A DNA stretch of 26,769 bases from a virus (lineage: Duplodnaviria > Caudoviricetes): positions 1-26,769 of the IMG/VR virus record IMGVR_UViG_3300020042_007005; one strand, 5' to 3'. The position numbers were made by a program, and so were the translations under genes. The notes beneath the pieces are model-generated. The model saw only the letters and a program-made list of their open reading frames with translations. It did no database searches and was not told where the DNA came from. Positions 24,683 to 26,769 of the stretch are shown here, piece by piece; the stretch's first letter is position 1, and each line of letters begins with the position of its first letter.

Positions 24683-25326
24683 CACCCATGGAAAGATTCA
24701 ACGCGCTTACTAAGAGACAGCAAGACGAGATACTCGACAAGCATCGCCACCACAACACAGAAGAGCTCGAATGGTGGGGCGCTGTGTACGACGACTTCAA
24801 AGCTGACATGGACAAGGTCGGCATCTACGTTCATCGCATGTATTTCAGCGGCTTCTCATCGCAGGGTGACGGTGCATGCTTTGAGGGTAACGTCGACGAC
24901 TGGCCCAAGTTCTTAGAGTCTCTCGGGCACACGAGCCCAGCACTCATAACGCTGGCCAACACTGGCTGGAAATTTGCTGCCGAGCACAAAGGTCATTACT
25001 ACCACGAGAACTGCGCTCGGTTCGACGCATGTCTCAACACGCTTGACTGCCATGATGCCTACGACGAAGAAGACTTTGCCAATGTATTCTCACCATACAA
25101 GTCAGAGATTCAGACTGCTGCATGGATGGCGCTGATCGCTGACTACAAGCGTCTTGACATAGAGGAAGAACTAGAGGGTGCGTTCAAGAGCCACATGCGT
25201 GACCTGTACAACAGACTAAAAGTCGAGTACGACGCGCTGACCTCAGACGAGTCCGTACTAGAAGCGTTGCATGCTAACGACATGCTTGATGAAATCATTG
25301 ACGAACTGGAGAATGAATATGCCTGA
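24679..25326 (+). CDS. Acidic protein of the FSGFxSQGDGA family, function unverified
   Basis: YFSGFSSQGDGACFEG, HYYHEN, LYNRLKVEYDALTSDE motifs. Confidence 0.75.
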   Translation: MTPMERFNALTKRQQDEILDKHRHHNTEELEWWGAVYDDFKADMDKVGIYVHRMYFSGFSSQGDGACFEGNVDDWPKFLESLGHTSPALITLANTGWKFAAEHKGHYYHENCARFDACLNTLDCHDAYDEEDFANVFSPYKSEIQTAAWMALIADYKRLDIEEELEGAFKSHMRDLYNRLKVEYDALTSDESVLEALHANDMLDEIIDELENEYA

Positions 25327-25816
25327 CTTAAGATCAGAATTGCAGAAGCTTGCAGACCTTAAATTTGACGACGATGGAGACACTACAAACGTGATTACAT
25401 TACCAACAACAAGCGCACCAGATTTCTTGGGCGTGTCCGAGAAACTTTTTAACATCATCAGAGACAACCCCGGCCTTACAAGATCAGAGTTGGTTGAGCT
25501 TTCGCGCAAAGCCAGCATCAAAGACGCGTCGTCGTCATCGCTGCTTGTGCAGTTTACCAAACGCAACCTCATCAAAGCCACAAAGAATGGCAGCGTGTCA
25601 ACATACACAACCGTAGGCAACCACTACGTAAGAGGATACGTAGCCAGAGAAAAAGCTAAAAAAGCTAAGCCTGTTGTCGAGGTGACACCCAAGCCAACAC
25701 CAGCGCCCGATAATCCTGTCAGGTTCATAGGGACTGCGCCGCAGCTGTTGGACACACTGTCTATCGTGCAAGCCCGTGAGTTGTACGACGCACTCAAGAA
25801 AATCTTCGGAGCTTGA
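25319..25816 (+). CDS. Putative winged-helix DNA-binding protein
   Basis: GGAG RBS; LFNIIRDNPGLTRSEL...SSLLVQFTKRNLI; C-terminal SIVQARELYDALKKIFG. Confidence 0.6.
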   Translation: MPDLRSELQKLADLKFDDDGDTTNVITLPTTSAPDFLGVSEKLFNIIRDNPGLTRSELVELSRKASIKDASSSSLLVQFTKRNLIKATKNGSVSTYTTVGNHYVRGYVAREKAKKAKPVVEVTPKPTPAPDNPVRFIGTAPQLLDTLSIVQARELYDALKKIFGA

Positions 25817-25828
25817 ACAGGAAGTGAC

Positions 25829-26299
25829 ATGCGCAAACGCAGTAAATACAAGCCCAAGCCTGTGCTGCTTAATCCCATGGGATTTGTAAAAGAGAGCCTG
25901 TCTCCTGTGCGTTCGCATACATCGTTTCTAGTTGACCTCAAGATCAGGAATCATGCTGCGATGGACTCACTGACCAAGGGCATGGCAACACGCGCTGACA
26001 TCGACACACTGATTGCCATGGGCAACATCACAGAAGCCTTTTTGCGCATGGGCTTTGGCAAAGACTACAGCGGTGTAGTCAAAGAAGGACTGCTGGCTTT
26101 GCGTTCGGTTGGTAAACGCGGCGTTGAGCTTGATCGGTTCATCTTGAAGGCTGTTGAAATGACTGCGCTCAACGAGTTCATGGAGCTGCATGACGCACAG
26201 ATGGAGGTGGTGACTCTGAGAGATATGGACAAGGCCATTGCGCTTGTCCGCGAGGAGTTCCGCTTGAAGAAGATGACACCTATTGTGGAGAAGACATGA
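25829..26299 (+). CDS. Conserved hypothetical phage protein
   Basis: MRKRSKYKPK N-terminus, LHDAQM motif; AGGA RBS. Confidence 0.75.
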   Translation: MRKRSKYKPKPVLLNPMGFVKESLSPVRSHTSFLVDLKIRNHAAMDSLTKGMATRADIDTLIAMGNITEAFLRMGFGKDYSGVVKEGLLALRSVGKRGVELDRFILKAVEMTALNEFMELHDAQMEVVTLRDMDKAIALVREEFRLKKMTPIVEKT

Positions 26300-26391
26300 A
26301 CGATTGCAAGCAACATATGTGGGAGCCTGTTGAGGGTTCTCCAATTTACAAATGTGCCCGGTGTGGCGCTTTTCTGAGGATCATCAAATGA
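26296..26391 (+). CDS. Tiny zinc-ribbon-like peptide (31 aa)
   Basis: GGAG RBS, ATGA overlaps; MNDCKQHMWEPVEGSPIYKCARCGAFLRIIK. Confidence 0.6.
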   Translation: MNDCKQHMWEPVEGSPIYKCARCGAFLRIIK

Positions 26392-26498
26392 GCGACAAGC
26401 TGATCCTGATCGGCGGGGTAATTGCCTCTGCCATCGTGTCCGTCACCCTTATGTGGGGTGTGTGGACGGGTATCTTTTACCTAATGGGGGTTTTATGA
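26388..26498 (+). CDS. Small membrane peptide (36 aa)
   Basis: GAGGA RBS, ATGA overlaps; MSDKLILIGGVIASAIVSVTLMWGVWTGIFYLMGVL. Confidence 0.6.
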   Translation: MSDKLILIGGVIASAIVSVTLMWGVWTGIFYLMGVL

Positions 26499-26769
26499 AA
26501 GACGAAGCATTGAAGCTGGCGCTGGATGCGTTGGAGGGCGTTTTAGATGATTCTCCCAAGGTGTTGGATGCGTCTATCTCAGGCGGCTTGTACGAGGTTG
26601 TTCAATGCCGAGATGCCATTACCGCGATCAAAGCAGCCTTGGCAGCACAGCCAGCACCTGTGCAGGAGCCTGTGGTGTGGATGTGGCAGCAAGCCCCAAT
26701 TAAAACTCAGTGGGGGGATGAGATGGTTGTGGCTGCTCTTGCCATCGACAGAGATCACACGGTGTCTAT
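26495..26769 (+). CDS. Hypothetical protein, runs off the window
   Basis: MKDEALKLALDALE...AITAIKAALAAQPAPVQEPVVW, a modular family common in proteobacterial phages. Confidence 0.7.
   Translation, partial: MKDEALKLALDALEGVLDDSPKVLDASISGGLYEVVQCRDAITAIKAALAAQPAPVQEPVVWMWQQAPIKTQWGDEMVVAALAIDRDHTVS

Overview
A 26.8-kb segment of a tailed dsDNA bacteriophage with podovirus-like gene order; several small-ORF families suggest a freshwater Betaproteobacterial host (inference). The left 15.2 kb is a minus-strand morphogenesis operon. In transcription order it holds a ribbon-helix-helix (RHH) regulator, small and large terminase, a truncated gene, portal, scaffold, major capsid, decoration and adaptor proteins, tail proteins, a 1001-aa modular tail fibre and a lipoprotein. 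An HNH homing-endonuclease gene is inserted antisense just after the portal. The right 11 kb is a plus-strand early operon of small, tightly coupled ORFs that includes a MoxR-like AAA+ ATPase, a DUF3150-like protein, a DUF2201 metallopeptidase-VWA protein and an Nmad5-like protein. The divergence zone (15.2-17.3 kb) is the most interesting part. It contains a 7-run G tract, a 28-bp tandem repeat, a ~390-nt candidate structured ncRNA (repeated GGU-GNNAA-GCC hairpins, long-range helices, two back-to-back H-type pseudoknots), nine GTATAC operator-like sites, and a 400-bp origin-like element with seven TATCCAA iterons bounded by a perfect 16-bp inverted repeat. All family assignments come from motif recognition by eye; no searches were run.
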